A stretch of DNA of 64,000 bases from an uncultured Verrucomicrobia subdivision 3 bacterium. Its GTDB lineage: Bacteria; Verrucomicrobiota; Verrucomicrobiia; Limisphaerales; UBA11358. This document shows, in pieces, positions 24,173-33,392 of the stretch. Both the position numbers and the translations under genes were made by a program. A model generated the notes under the pieces. It made no database searches. It had not been told where the DNA came from and saw nothing but the letters and a program-made list of their open reading frames with translations. Each line of letters opens with the position of its first letter. Position 1 is the stretch's first letter. Location: positions 15,690 through 79,689 of the forward strand of contig CAIQKM010000017.1 of the NCBI GenBank assembly GCA_903872345.1. The letters run 5' to 3'.

Positions 24173-24925
24173 CTATTTTAGCAGCTTGCCATTTAAGCAA
24201 ACCGAAGTTTTAGGTGGTCGCCAAAATGGAATCCCTTCCTTTGCTTTCAACATTTGTTTCTTTCGTTCTTCATCCGTCCATAAACGGGTGCAATAACCGC
24301 CAACGATACGCCCCTTCCTTAGAGCCAACAGCGCAGCTTCAGAAATGAACAGCTCCCGGTCACAAAAATGACTCGCTTGCCAACTGCTTTTGGTGGAGAA
24401 AAACGTGTTGGTCTGATCCGGCAATGAAAGCTCGCTCAAGTATGCAAATACACCAAAGCTCTCTTTGGGACGCTGGCACTCTGAACACAAGGGCTTTCTG
24501 GTTTTAATCACCCCATCAGCATGATCCACCAATAACGTTGCCCGCAATGCGTGCCACCCGCTTTTGCCCATCGGCTTCGTTTCAAAGCCACCAACTTTTG
24601 CCTGTTTCAACACCTTGAGAAACCTGTCGCTGACTGTAAATATTCGGTCATTAGTGTAACCATATTCCCCTTTAAACCTAATCGTCACGGGATCATCGAA
24701 ACCGGTTTCAAATATTTTATCAGAGTCGTAGCGCCCGCACTTTTTGCAGCATAAATGGTGGTACTGTGGCTTCATCCGCAGTTCGACATCCGCTGCCGGG
24801 AAAAACTTATAAAACACCGGCGGCAGGCCCTCCGGCCGAGGCCGTTTTGGCAAGCGTTTGGCAACTTCATGAATTGCCCAGCTCGTTTTGGGATGATCTT
24901 CCAAATTGATTGAATAGTAGTTCAT
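24173..24925 (-). CDS. hypothetical Cys-pair protein (CKKCG ... CSECQ), possibly related to double-CXXCG / Imm11-like immunity proteins
   Basis: Start taken at ATG 24925 (MNYYSINLEDH...). Two CxxC pairs lie about 90 aa apart. AT-richer composition. The family assignment is from memory and weak. Confidence 0.45.
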   Translation of the reverse strand: MNYYSINLEDHPKTSWAIHEVAKRLPKRPRPEGLPPVFYKFFPAADVELRMKPQYHHLCCKKCGRYDSDKIFETGFDDPVTIRFKGEYGYTNDRIFTVSDRFLKVLKQAKVGGFETKPMGKSGWHALRATLLVDHADGVIKTRKPLCSECQRPKESFGVFAYLSELSLPDQTNTFFSTKSSWQASHFCDRELFISEAALLALRKGRIVGGYCTRLWTDEERKKQMLKAKEGIPFWRPPKTSVCLNGKLLK

Positions 24926-24947
24926 ATAGATATTCTGGACCGAATGT

Positions 24948-25400
24948 TTATTGAACCCGCCGGGAGCCAGCATTTGGTACAGACACCTCGACACGGCTTT
25001 TCAATTCAGCCTCCACCTCTGCCAGCCGTTTTCCAAAGATACAGTTATGGTTGAGCGTGACGGAATCGCGCCGGGTCCGGATGGTCAGGGTATCCTGACC
25101 ATCGCCATCGATATCAAAGTTTCGTTTCCAGGAGACAACCTCATGCCACGGGATGAATTGGTTTCGGTAGAAAGATTGTCGGATTCCTTTTTCATCCACA
25201 ATGACCCGGGCGTAAAGGAGGGGAATAGCCAAGATGCCAAAAGTAGCCAAGAATACCCAGCCACACACTTCAACCAAAACCGAATTTTGCCCGCCAAACT
25301 CAAACCATGCGGCACCTACAATGATAACAATACCATAGTAGAAACTGGCAAAAAATGACGCACTATAGGTTCTTCTCATAGCCGCAATGACTTTGACCAT
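24948..25400 (-). CDS. membrane protein with bacterial PH-like domain
   Basis: Two N-terminal hydrophobic helices, then ...VIVDEKGIRQSFYRNQFIPWHEVVSW..., a bPH-like pattern. AT-richer composition. Confidence 0.5.
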   Translation of the reverse strand: MVKVIAAMRRTYSASFFASFYYGIVIIVGAAWFEFGGQNSVLVEVCGWVFLATFGILAIPLLYARVIVDEKGIRQSFYRNQFIPWHEVVSWKRNFDIDGDGQDTLTIRTRRDSVTLNHNCIFGKRLAEVEAELKSRVEVSVPNAGSRRVQ

Positions 25401-25480
25401 AAGCTACCCCTACACACCCGACCAGGCAACGGCAATTGTGGAACGGATAGTAATGGCTTGAGGCGAATTTGGAGTGCGGC

Positions 25481-25562
25481 GGCAAGCGCAGCGCGACGAC
25501 GTTTGGAAAAACGTGCCGCTTGGTTTGAGAGTGGAAAAGCGTCGTCGCCGCTGCGCTCTGCC
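25481..25562. repeat. large imperfect hairpin upstream of the GH32 gene
   Basis: ggcaagcgcagcgcgacgacg ... cgtcgtcgccgctgcgctctgcc, with a loop of about 38 nt. Confidence 0.55.
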
Positions 25563-25727
25563 GGCGCAGTCCAAGATATGGGTCTATTTGACTCCGCGTT
25601 ACCGCGTTCAACACCACAAATTCGACCCCGCACCGGTGATTTGGAACACATTTTGATTGATGAAGTCACAAGGTCCGGCGCATCCTTGCCGCCACTTTCA
25701 CACAAGACGCCGATCACCGACCATCAT

Positions 25728-27911
25728 ATGAATTTCAAAATCCGCCGGGCTCGGCGTACTTCACCGGTCATTTTGGTCTGTGTCCTCCTGCTCGGAGTGG
25801 TCGTTGGGGCGGCCTCGGCGCAAACGCCGGACCGGTTGATCGCCGATTTTGAAGGCACCAATTATGGCGACTGGCAGGTGGCGGGCACGGCGTTTGGCAC
25901 CGGCCCGGCGCATGGAACGTTGCCGGGCCAAATGAAGGTGGATGGTTTCATCGGCGGCGGACTGGTGAATTCGTTCAACGGCGGAGATGCATCGACCGGC
26001 CGGCTGACTTCGCCGGCATTTAAAATCGAGCGCAAATATATCCGGTTCCTGATTGGCGGCGGCGGATGGGAGGGTCAGACGTGCATGAACCTGCTGGTGG
26101 ACAGCAAGGTGGTTCGCACGGCCACCGGGCCGAATACGGAACCCGGCGGCAGTGAACGATTGCAGCTAGGCCAGTGGGAAGTCAGCGAACTATCCGGCCG
26201 CATGGCGGTGCTGGAAATTGTGGATTCGGCAACGGGCGGCTGGGGACACATCAGCGTGGATCAGATTGTCCAGAGCGATAACCGACCGGAGAGTCCGATC
26301 GCGCTGTACGATGTCGGTCGGGAAATGAAAATCACAAAACCCTGGCTGAACTTTCCGGTCAAGAATGGCGCGGACAAACGGCGGATCAACCTGTCGGTAG
26401 ATGGCCGGACAGTGCGGTCCTTTGACATTGAATTGGCCGAGGGCAAACCGGATTGGTGGGCGCCTCTGGATTCGACGCCATTTCAAGGGCAGACGGTAAG
26501 GATTACGGCAAACCAGTTGGCCGAGAATTCCATCGGACTCAAGGCCATTGAACAATCCAACAATTTTAAGGACAGTCAGAATCCGTATGCCGAGCGGCTG
26601 CGTCCGCAGTTTCATTTCACGTCGCGTTATGGCTGGCTAAACGACCCCAACGGCCTGGTGTTTTTTCAGGGCGAGTACCACCTGTTCTACCAGCATAATC
26701 CCTATGGCTGGGACTGGGGCAACATGCACTGGGGTCATGCGGTCAGCACCGATCTGGTTCACTGGCGGGAACTGCCGGTGGCGCTCTACCCGGATGAAAA
26801 TGGCACGATGTATTCGGGTTCCGCCGCCGTGGATTGGAATAACACCGCCGGTTTTCAAACCGGCCCGGAACCGGCGCTCGTGGCGATGGTCACGGCGGCC
26901 GGCCCGACCTACACCCAGGAAATTGCTTACAGCAATGACCGGGGCCGGCATTGGATCAAATACGAAAAAAACCCGGTGCTGGGGCAACTCGCGACCGCGA
27001 ATCGCGATCCGAAAGTGGTCTGGTTTGCCCCGGAGAAAAAATGGGTGATGGCGCTGTATCTCGACCACAACGATTACGCGCTGTTTGAATCGCCGGATTT
27101 GAAACATTGGCACAAGCTCCAGGTCTTCACGCTGCCGGGCGATGCCGAGTGCCCGAACTTTTTTGAAGTGCCATTGGACGGCGACCGGCAAAATCCGCGC
27201 TGGGTCTTTTTCGGCGCGAGCGGCGTTTATGTCGTTGGCAAGTTTGATGGCCATGTATTCACACCGGAAACCCGGCCGCAGCGTTTGCACAATGGCAACT
27301 GCTGGTATGCCGCCCAGGTGTTCTCAGACATTCCCACGAACGATGGCCGCTGCGTGCTCATTCCGTGGGGCCGGTTGCCTGACGGGGAAATCTTCCGGGG
27401 CATGACGTTCAACCAGATGATGGGGCTGCCGGTGGAACTCACCTTGCATACGACCGCTGCCGGAACCACGCTGCGGGTGAATCCGGTGCGGGAACTTGCC
27501 ACCCTCCGCCAGACGGTGCAAACCATCGAACCACGCGAGTTCGGGCCGGGCGAAAATCCGCTGGCAGCCAGCCGGGGCGACCGGGTTGAGATCGAGGCTG
27601 AAATTGCCCCGGGTACGGCGAAGGAAATTTCGTTTGTACTGCGAGGTGTGCCGGTGGTTTATGACGTGTCCGCCCAGACGGTATCGTGTATGGGCCGCCG
27701 CTCCGAGCTGCCGTTGAAAAACGGAAAAATTTCACTCCACATGTTTGTGGATCGCGCTTCGGTGGACATCTATGGCGGAGGCGGAACGCTTTACATGCCG
27801 ATGGCAAAAGCACTTGCACCGGAAAATCAGGATTTGAAACTTTTCTGCCAAGGTGGCAGCGCCCGGATTATTTCTCTGAAGGTGTGGCCATTGAAGTCGG
27901 CTTGGGAGTAA
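25728..27911 (+). CDS. glycoside hydrolase family 32 (fructan/sucrose hydrolase) with N-terminal accessory domain
   Basis: Signal peptide at the internal ATG 25728. The GH32 motifs WLNDPNGL, RDPKV and ECPNFF are all present. Confidence 0.85.
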   Translation: MNFKIRRARRTSPVILVCVLLLGVVVGAASAQTPDRLIADFEGTNYGDWQVAGTAFGTGPAHGTLPGQMKVDGFIGGGLVNSFNGGDASTGRLTSPAFKIERKYIRFLIGGGGWEGQTCMNLLVDSKVVRTATGPNTEPGGSERLQLGQWEVSELSGRMAVLEIVDSATGGWGHISVDQIVQSDNRPESPIALYDVGREMKITKPWLNFPVKNGADKRRINLSVDGRTVRSFDIELAEGKPDWWAPLDSTPFQGQTVRITANQLAENSIGLKAIEQSNNFKDSQNPYAERLRPQFHFTSRYGWLNDPNGLVFFQGEYHLFYQHNPYGWDWGNMHWGHAVSTDLVHWRELPVALYPDENGTMYSGSAAVDWNNTAGFQTGPEPALVAMVTAAGPTYTQEIAYSNDRGRHWIKYEKNPVLGQLATANRDPKVVWFAPEKKWVMALYLDHNDYALFESPDLKHWHKLQVFTLPGDAECPNFFEVPLDGDRQNPRWVFFGASGVYVVGKFDGHVFTPETRPQRLHNGNCWYAAQVFSDIPTNDGRCVLIPWGRLPDGEIFRGMTFNQMMGLPVELTLHTTAAGTTLRVNPVRELATLRQTVQTIEPREFGPGENPLAASRGDRVEIEAEIAPGTAKEISFVLRGVPVVYDVSAQTVSCMGRRSELPLKNGKISLHMFVDRASVDIYGGGGTLYMPMAKALAPENQDLKLFCQGGSARIISLKVWPLKSAWE

Positions 27912-27952
27912 TACCATTTGCAGGTTAAAACCGCATTAATGGTGGCCAGCCT

Positions 27953-28021
27953 CAGCTCCGTAGGAGCGCCATATTTGTAGAAACAGGCCCTCAAAATTCC
28001 AAGCTCCGTAGGTGCGGCATA
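27953..28021 (+). repeat. direct repeat of AGCTCCGTAGGnGCGnCATA, two copies 48 bp apart
   Basis: cagctccgtaggagcgccata (27953-27973) and aagctccgtaggtgcggcata (28001-28021). Confidence 0.7.
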
Positions 28022-28062
28022 CAGCTTCAAACTGAAAGTGGTATTACCAAAAACCGTTTATT

Positions 28063-28085
28063 CAGAGTCTCCTTACGTCGGCTCC
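28063..28085. repeat. single arm of the GCCGACGT repeat family
   Basis: cagagtctccttacgtcggctcc compared with ttagagcctcctaacgtcggctgc at 4252-4275. Confidence 0.55.
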
Positions 28086-28108
28086 TGCTGTTCTGACGGC
28101 TTTGCAAG

Positions 28109-28630
28109 TCACCCTTCCCGGTTCGACTGGCGCAAGGTTTCCAGCATCACGGCCACGGATTCGGCGAAGACTTTGGTCTCGTTGGTATCGTGGTAGGTGA
28201 TGAAAACCGTGTCCGGCTCGGCGGCGCCGGGGCGGAGGTAAATGGGGTCGCCGCAATCGCTGGTCGCGAAAGCGATGATATCGAAGCCCAGGAGCTCGCG
28301 GGTGTCGATCATTTGCGATTCGGCCAGGGGATTAAAGGTGCTGAGGGCATCGCGTTTGCCGTATTTGAGGCCGACAGCGGTCACAAGGGCGTGGTCGGCA
28401 TACAGCTCGCGCAGGGCGGCCGGAGCGGGACGTTGCAGGTGGCGCTCGTAAAAGACCCAGTCGGGACGGAGAATCTGCGCCTCCAGTTCGGTGCGTTCGG
28501 CGGCCCGTTGCACCGGTGGATGGCGTCGCCGCCGGAGATAGTCGCGGATCAGCAGGCCCGAAAAAAACGACACGAAAAACAGGGCGCAGGCGAGGCTGAT
28601 ATAGTGTCTGGCTTGGCTCATGGCTGGCAA
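28109..28630 (-). CDS. SMI1/KNR4 (SUKH)-like protein with N-terminal TM helix
   Basis: Hydrophobic N-terminus, then YERHLQRPAPAALRELYADH...FATSDCGDPIYL...VFITYHDTNE, resembling the SUKH-1 fold pattern. Confidence 0.55.
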   Translation of the reverse strand: MPAMSQARHYISLACALFFVSFFSGLLIRDYLRRRRHPPVQRAAERTELEAQILRPDWVFYERHLQRPAPAALRELYADHALVTAVGLKYGKRDALSTFNPLAESQMIDTRELLGFDIIAFATSDCGDPIYLRPGAAEPDTVFITYHDTNETKVFAESVAVMLETLRQSNREG

Positions 28631-28660
28631 CTTATACTGACGCGTCCGGGTTGAAAACCA

Positions 28661-28990
28661 CTAATCAAGAAACCGGGTGAAATCCAAGGTCGCCAGCCAA
28701 AGCCACCAGGTGAGGCCCAAGCCGGCAAGCGGAAGCCAGAGCAGCCACCAGCGTTTGCACCCGACATCGGCAAGCAAGACCAGGCTGCCGAATATGGCAG
28801 TGAGCAGAAAAGCATCATACCGGAGCGGGCCGACATTGTGGCCAAAGAGCGGGTGATGAAACGTCAGATGACCGGTGCTGACCTCGCTGCAGAGCACAAA
28901 CGCCACCAATGGCAGGGCCAGGCTCAGCCAGGAGGCCCAGAGGAGGATTTTGCGGCGGGAGAGGTTCATATTTATTCCAACGCCTACCAT
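28661..28990 (-). CDS. small membrane protein (about 3 TM), unknown
   Basis: Hydrophobic 109-aa ORF directly upstream of, and co-directional with, the SUKH-like gene. The start may instead be the ATG at 28969. Confidence 0.4.
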   Translation of the reverse strand: MVGVGINMNLSRRKILLWASWLSLALPLVAFVLCSEVSTGHLTFHHPLFGHNVGPLRYDAFLLTAIFGSLVLLADVGCKRWWLLWLPLAGLGLTWWLWLATLDFTRFLD

Positions 28991-29260
28991 GCCCCAACCA
29001 AGGCCATTGGAAAACCCTGAATTTCATTTCCGATCACGAGTGATTGGTTGTTATTGGGGAGCGACAAAGCATCGGTATATTTGAGTCTCGTCCCCCAGTC
29101 TCTACAGTATTTTTGGGGGCATTAATTCGCAGCCGCAACCGCGTTGCGGTTGAAACGTTTTGGCGAAGCAAACCCAGGGTAGCTCGTGACCGAGCAACCC
29201 TGGGCTTCGGGCCGGAATCCCGTTGGGATACTCATCAGATTGGCTAGGCGGCCGAGCTGC

Positions 29261-30430
29261 TTACCCTTTAATAATCGTCGCGCCGGCGGCGGGGCGGGAG
29301 CTGAAGATCACAGCGTCAATCCCAGTCTTGGCCTTGTAATCGGTGGCAATTTTCTTCGTGATCGCTTCAATGGCCTCGGCTTTCACGAGGGCCACGCAAC
29401 AGCCGCCAAAGCCGCCGCCGGTCATGCGGCAGCCGTAGACGCCGCCTTTGAAACCGATGTCTTCGGCGATATCCACGACCACATCCAGCTCTTTGCAACT
29501 GACTTCGTAGTCGTCGCGCAGGGCGGCGTGGCTGGCGTACATGAACTGGCCGACCGTGGGCCAGTTGGACTGGCGGATGCCTTCGGCGGCGTGGACGGTA
29601 CGTTCGATTTCACCGATGACGTGGCGGGCGCGACGGAATACCACGTCGGTCATTTTGGACTTGGCGCGTTCCAACTGGTCGGGGGTGGCATCGCGGAGGG
29701 AGGCCACGCCAAGGATACGCGCGGCTTCTTCGCATTCGGCCCGGCGCTTGGCGTATTCGCCGCTGCCGAGTTCGTGCTTCACATTGGTGTTGATGATGAG
29801 CAGCGCCACGGCGGGATCGCTCATGGGCACGAGCTCGGTTTTGCGCGTGCGGCAGTCGAGCAGGAGCAGATGACCTTCGCGACCGAGCGCGGAGATGAAC
29901 TGGTCCATGATGCCGCAGGGCACGCCGGCGAAATCATGTTCGGCCTTCTGGGCGAGCAAGGCCTTTTCGATGGGATCAATCGTCTTACCAGTGGCGGCTT
30001 CAATGAGGGTGGCGGTGCAGACTTCCAGCGCGGCGCTGCTGCTCAGGCCGCCGCCCAGGGGCACGGTGGACATGAAGGCCACATCCAGGGCGGGAATCTT
30101 CACGCCCCGGTTTTGGAACCCGGCGATGGCGCCGCGAATGTAGTTGGACCATTTCGGCTGGCCCTTCGTGACGGCGGCGGAAACGTCAATGGTGGCGGTT
30201 TCCTTGAACTGGGTGTCGTAGATGGCAACGGTTCCGGGCGTGGCACCCGCGTCGGCCGCCATGACGGCGTAATATTCGATGGCCATGGGCAGCACGAAGC
30301 CGTCGTTGTAGTCGGTGTGTTCGCCGATGACATTCACCCGGCCGGGCGCGGCCACGATCCAGCGCGGCGGACGGCCGTAGGTTTTTTTAAATTCAGCGGC
30401 GACGTGGGCGGAAAGTTCTTGGAGAGTCAT
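29261..30430 (-). CDS. galK: galactokinase
   Basis: GRVNVIGEHTDYNDGFVLPMAI is the galactokinase signature and PLGGGLSSSAALE is the GHMP kinase motif. Confidence 0.9.
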   Translation of the reverse strand: MTLQELSAHVAAEFKKTYGRPPRWIVAAPGRVNVIGEHTDYNDGFVLPMAIEYYAVMAADAGATPGTVAIYDTQFKETATIDVSAAVTKGQPKWSNYIRGAIAGFQNRGVKIPALDVAFMSTVPLGGGLSSSAALEVCTATLIEAATGKTIDPIEKALLAQKAEHDFAGVPCGIMDQFISALGREGHLLLLDCRTRKTELVPMSDPAVALLIINTNVKHELGSGEYAKRRAECEEAARILGVASLRDATPDQLERAKSKMTDVVFRRARHVIGEIERTVHAAEGIRQSNWPTVGQFMYASHAALRDDYEVSCKELDVVVDIAEDIGFKGGVYGCRMTGGGFGGCCVALVKAEAIEAITKKIATDYKAKTGIDAVIFSSRPAAGATIIKG

Positions 30431-30538
30431 ATTTATTAATGGAAAGAGGATAGAATATTAAGGAGGGGAGATGGAAGACGAAAAATGGGAGGGCAGCGGA
30501 TTGCTCCGCCAGCCTCCCATTTCCAGTTCCGCCCGCGA

Positions 30539-30742
30539 TCAGGCGGACGGCGGATTTTTTTTGCCACTAATGGCGCCGAGGAGCATGAACACGCCAAATA
30601 TCAGCAGCACAATGCCCCAGATCTGGTTGATGTTGATGTCCAGCGATATTGAATCGGAGGCTTTGATGGTGCCAAAGGCGGCGAGCAGCACGCCAATGAG
30701 CGTGAACATGAGGCCAATCGGCCAGCGAATATCGAGTCCCAT
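30539..30742 (-). CDS. small 2-TM membrane protein
   Basis: 67-aa ORF with two hydrophobic helices, located 31 nt downstream of the SSS symporter gene. Confidence 0.45.
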   Translation of the reverse strand: MGLDIRWPIGLMFTLIGVLLAAFGTIKASDSISLDININQIWGIVLLIFGVFMLLGAISGKKNPPSA

Positions 30743-30772
30743 AAATTATATTCCTTTCAGGTGGTTAAAGGT

Positions 30773-32689
30773 TCAGAAGAAAATGAAGTTCAGGATCACG
30801 CAGATGATCAGCAGCACGGTGCCGAGCACGGCCGGACGCTGCCAGAAGGACAGGTTGTGATCCACGGTTTTGGGCGTCAGCGAATAGACGAGGCCCCGGA
30901 GTTCGGCGTCCGTCTTCATGGACTTGGTGGCCAGCGAGATCACCAGGGTGAGCGTGAAGCAGACGGTGAAGGCGAAGGCCGCGAGCCAGAAGTTCTGGGC
31001 CATTTCGCTCGGGAAGGTTTCGAGCACCTTGATGTAGCCGCCCTTCACGCCGGGCAGGTTGCCTTGCGCGATGGTCACGGCGTGGAACAGGGTGGAACCG
31101 GCGATGCCGCCGAACAGGCCGAGGAAGGCGCCGGTGCCGGTGGTGCGCTTCCAGAACATGCCCAACAGGAAGGTGGCGAACAGCGGAGCGTTCACAAAGC
31201 CGAACACGAGCTGAATGATGTCCATGGCGTTGTTGTACATGGAGGCGAAGTAGGCGGCCGCGATGCTGAGCACAATGCCCGCAATGGTGGTGACTTTGCC
31301 GGCCCAGAAGTAATGGCTGTCGCTCTTGCCGGGCGCGAAATAGGCCTGATAAAGGTCATAGGTCCAGACTGTGTTGAAGGCGGTGACGTTGCCCGCCATG
31401 CCGGACATGAAGGAAGCCAGCAGCGCGGTGAGCGCCAGACCAAGCAGGCCCGGGGGACAGTACTTTTTCACGAGCGAGAGGATCACGCCGTCGTAATCGT
31501 TATCTTTGACCGAGAAATAGATACCCTTTTCGATGTCGGCATCGGCCAGCTTGGCGGTGGTGTTGGCGGTGACGAGGGCGGCAATCTTGTCCGGATTCAC
31601 GTCTTTGCCGAGCGCCTTGTCCACGGCGGCCACGGTGGCGGCGTTATCGGCGGGGGTTGCCGTCTTAACCACGGCCACAGCCTGGTCGTAATTTGCCTGC
31701 GCGATCACCGGCGGCGGGATGCGGTAGTCTTTGCCCGGATTGGCGGTCAGGGCCACGGCAATCATGCCGGGAACGATGACGAGGAAGGGAAACACCATTT
31801 TCGGCACGGCGGCCACCAGCGGGGTGTTGCGGGCGGCGGTCATGTTCTTGGCCGCCATGGCGCGCTGCACGACGAGAAAGTTGGTACACCAGTAACCGAA
31901 GCTGAGCACGAAACCGAGGCCGAAGACAATGGCGAACCAGTCCACGCCCATGGGGTTATGGGCCGGCCCGGCGAGCAGCGGCTGCCAGGTACTGGTCCAC
32001 GCATTGGCGGCGTAGTTGGTGCTGGTGGCCACGGCCACACCCTGCAACGAGGTGTTCATGGTGTGCCAGCCGCCGACGTCCTTGAGGCCGAGGTAAACGA
32101 CCGGGGCGAAACCAAGGACGATCATAAAGAACTGGAGCACTTCGGTGTAAATGGCGGAGGTCAAACCACCTTTCAAGACGTAAAGGAGCACTACGCCGGA
32201 GCAGATCCACAGGGCGGCGTTGTAGTTCCAGCCGAGCAACTGATTGAGCAGCTTGGCCAGGGCGTTCATGGAAACGCCGGAGGCAAAAATGGTCATGACG
32301 GCGAAGGCGACGGAATTCAGGGCGCGGACGCGTTCATCAAAGCGCATCTTGAGGTATTCCGGCACGGAGCGGGCCTTGGAGCCGTAATAGAACGGCATCA
32401 TAAACACCGCCAGGAAGATCATCGCCGGAATGGCGCCAACCCAATAAAAATGGGCGGTGGCTATACCATATTTGGCACCGCTGGCGGCCATGCCGACCAG
32501 TTCGAGGGCGCCGAGGTTGGCCGAAATGAAGGCCAGCCCGGTCACCCACGTGGGGATGGAGCGCGCGGACGTCAGGAAGTCTGACGAGGTTTTCATGTAG
32601 CGCGCCAGCGTCCAGCCAATGCCGAGCACAAAGGCGACGTAAGCGACCAGGATCGTGTAGTCAATCCACTGGAGATGAATAGTTTGCAT
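30773..32689 (-). CDS. sodium:solute symporter family transporter (SGLT-like)
   Basis: 638 aa with about 14 TM helices and an SSS-like N-terminal core (SARSIPTWVTGLAFISANLGALELVGMAASG). Confidence 0.85.
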   Translation of the reverse strand: MQTIHLQWIDYTILVAYVAFVLGIGWTLARYMKTSSDFLTSARSIPTWVTGLAFISANLGALELVGMAASGAKYGIATAHFYWVGAIPAMIFLAVFMMPFYYGSKARSVPEYLKMRFDERVRALNSVAFAVMTIFASGVSMNALAKLLNQLLGWNYNAALWICSGVVLLYVLKGGLTSAIYTEVLQFFMIVLGFAPVVYLGLKDVGGWHTMNTSLQGVAVATSTNYAANAWTSTWQPLLAGPAHNPMGVDWFAIVFGLGFVLSFGYWCTNFLVVQRAMAAKNMTAARNTPLVAAVPKMVFPFLVIVPGMIAVALTANPGKDYRIPPPVIAQANYDQAVAVVKTATPADNAATVAAVDKALGKDVNPDKIAALVTANTTAKLADADIEKGIYFSVKDNDYDGVILSLVKKYCPPGLLGLALTALLASFMSGMAGNVTAFNTVWTYDLYQAYFAPGKSDSHYFWAGKVTTIAGIVLSIAAAYFASMYNNAMDIIQLVFGFVNAPLFATFLLGMFWKRTTGTGAFLGLFGGIAGSTLFHAVTIAQGNLPGVKGGYIKVLETFPSEMAQNFWLAAFAFTVCFTLTLVISLATKSMKTDAELRGLVYSLTPKTVDHNLSFWQRPAVLGTVLLIICVILNFIFF

Positions 32690-32959
32690 GTTTATTTGAG
32701 TTTATTTATCGGATCAAAGTTGGCGACCATCAGCCGGCCGGCCCGGGGAGTTGATTGCGCCGCCCCGAAAACCGGACACCGGGAAGGCCGGCAGAACATA
32801 GCCCATGGATTTCAAGGCAAAAGGAGTCCGCGAGGATGTAAAGGCGCGCGTTAAATGGGACATAGTTCGGTGAAGGACTGTATAAAAAGCGCAACGGGTG
32901 TCAATTCATTTGCAATCATTCCCATGTTGTGTTTTATTGCACGCTCGATAACAAAATTT

Positions 32960-33358
32960 ATGGCAACCAAAGTTGAAACCAAAACACGCGAACTCTGCGA
33001 GGCCCTCCTCGAGGAAATCCAAACCGGCGGAATTCGCTCACGCATTGACACTTTTCTGGCCGATGCCGGCGCGCGCGGACAATATGAAAAAGTCATGAAC
33101 CAGGGCCAGGCGCTGCAGGAAAAGCAGCAGCAGGGTCAGGAACTCAGCCCGGCGGAAATCGCCGCGTTTGAAGGCGAACGTGACGCCCTCCTGAAAAACC
33201 CCGTGGCCTCGGCTTTCCTGGACGCCCAGGAACAAATGCACGAGCTCCAGAGCACCGTGCAACGGACCGTCGGCAAGACGGTTGAACTCGGCCGCATCCC
33301 GGCCGCCGACGAGCTGACCGAAGGTTCCTGCGGCCAAGGCTGCGGCTGCCACCACTGA
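32960..33358 (+). CDS. YlbF/YmcA-like protein with C-terminal Cys/His cluster
   Basis: Helical, Q/E-rich 132-aa protein from ATG 32960. The pattern resembles the Com_YlbF family. The tail is GSCGQGCGCHH. A strong terminator follows. Confidence 0.45.
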   Translation: MATKVETKTRELCEALLEEIQTGGIRSRIDTFLADAGARGQYEKVMNQGQALQEKQQQGQELSPAEIAAFEGERDALLKNPVASAFLDAQEQMHELQSTVQRTVGKTVELGRIPAADELTEGSCGQGCGCHH

Positions 33359-33392
33359 CCCTTTTCCTATCCCCCCAACAAGCAGACACACA

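Noticed and set aside
29090-29230. Hairpin-rich DNA downstream of galK (gcaaccgcgttgcggttg; ccagggtagctcg...cgagcaaccctggg), and a similar-looking segment at 40292-40400
   Set aside because: They look like members of dispersed repeat families that I have seen in PVC genomes, but each occurs only once in this window. I cannot demonstrate a family or a function from this sequence alone.
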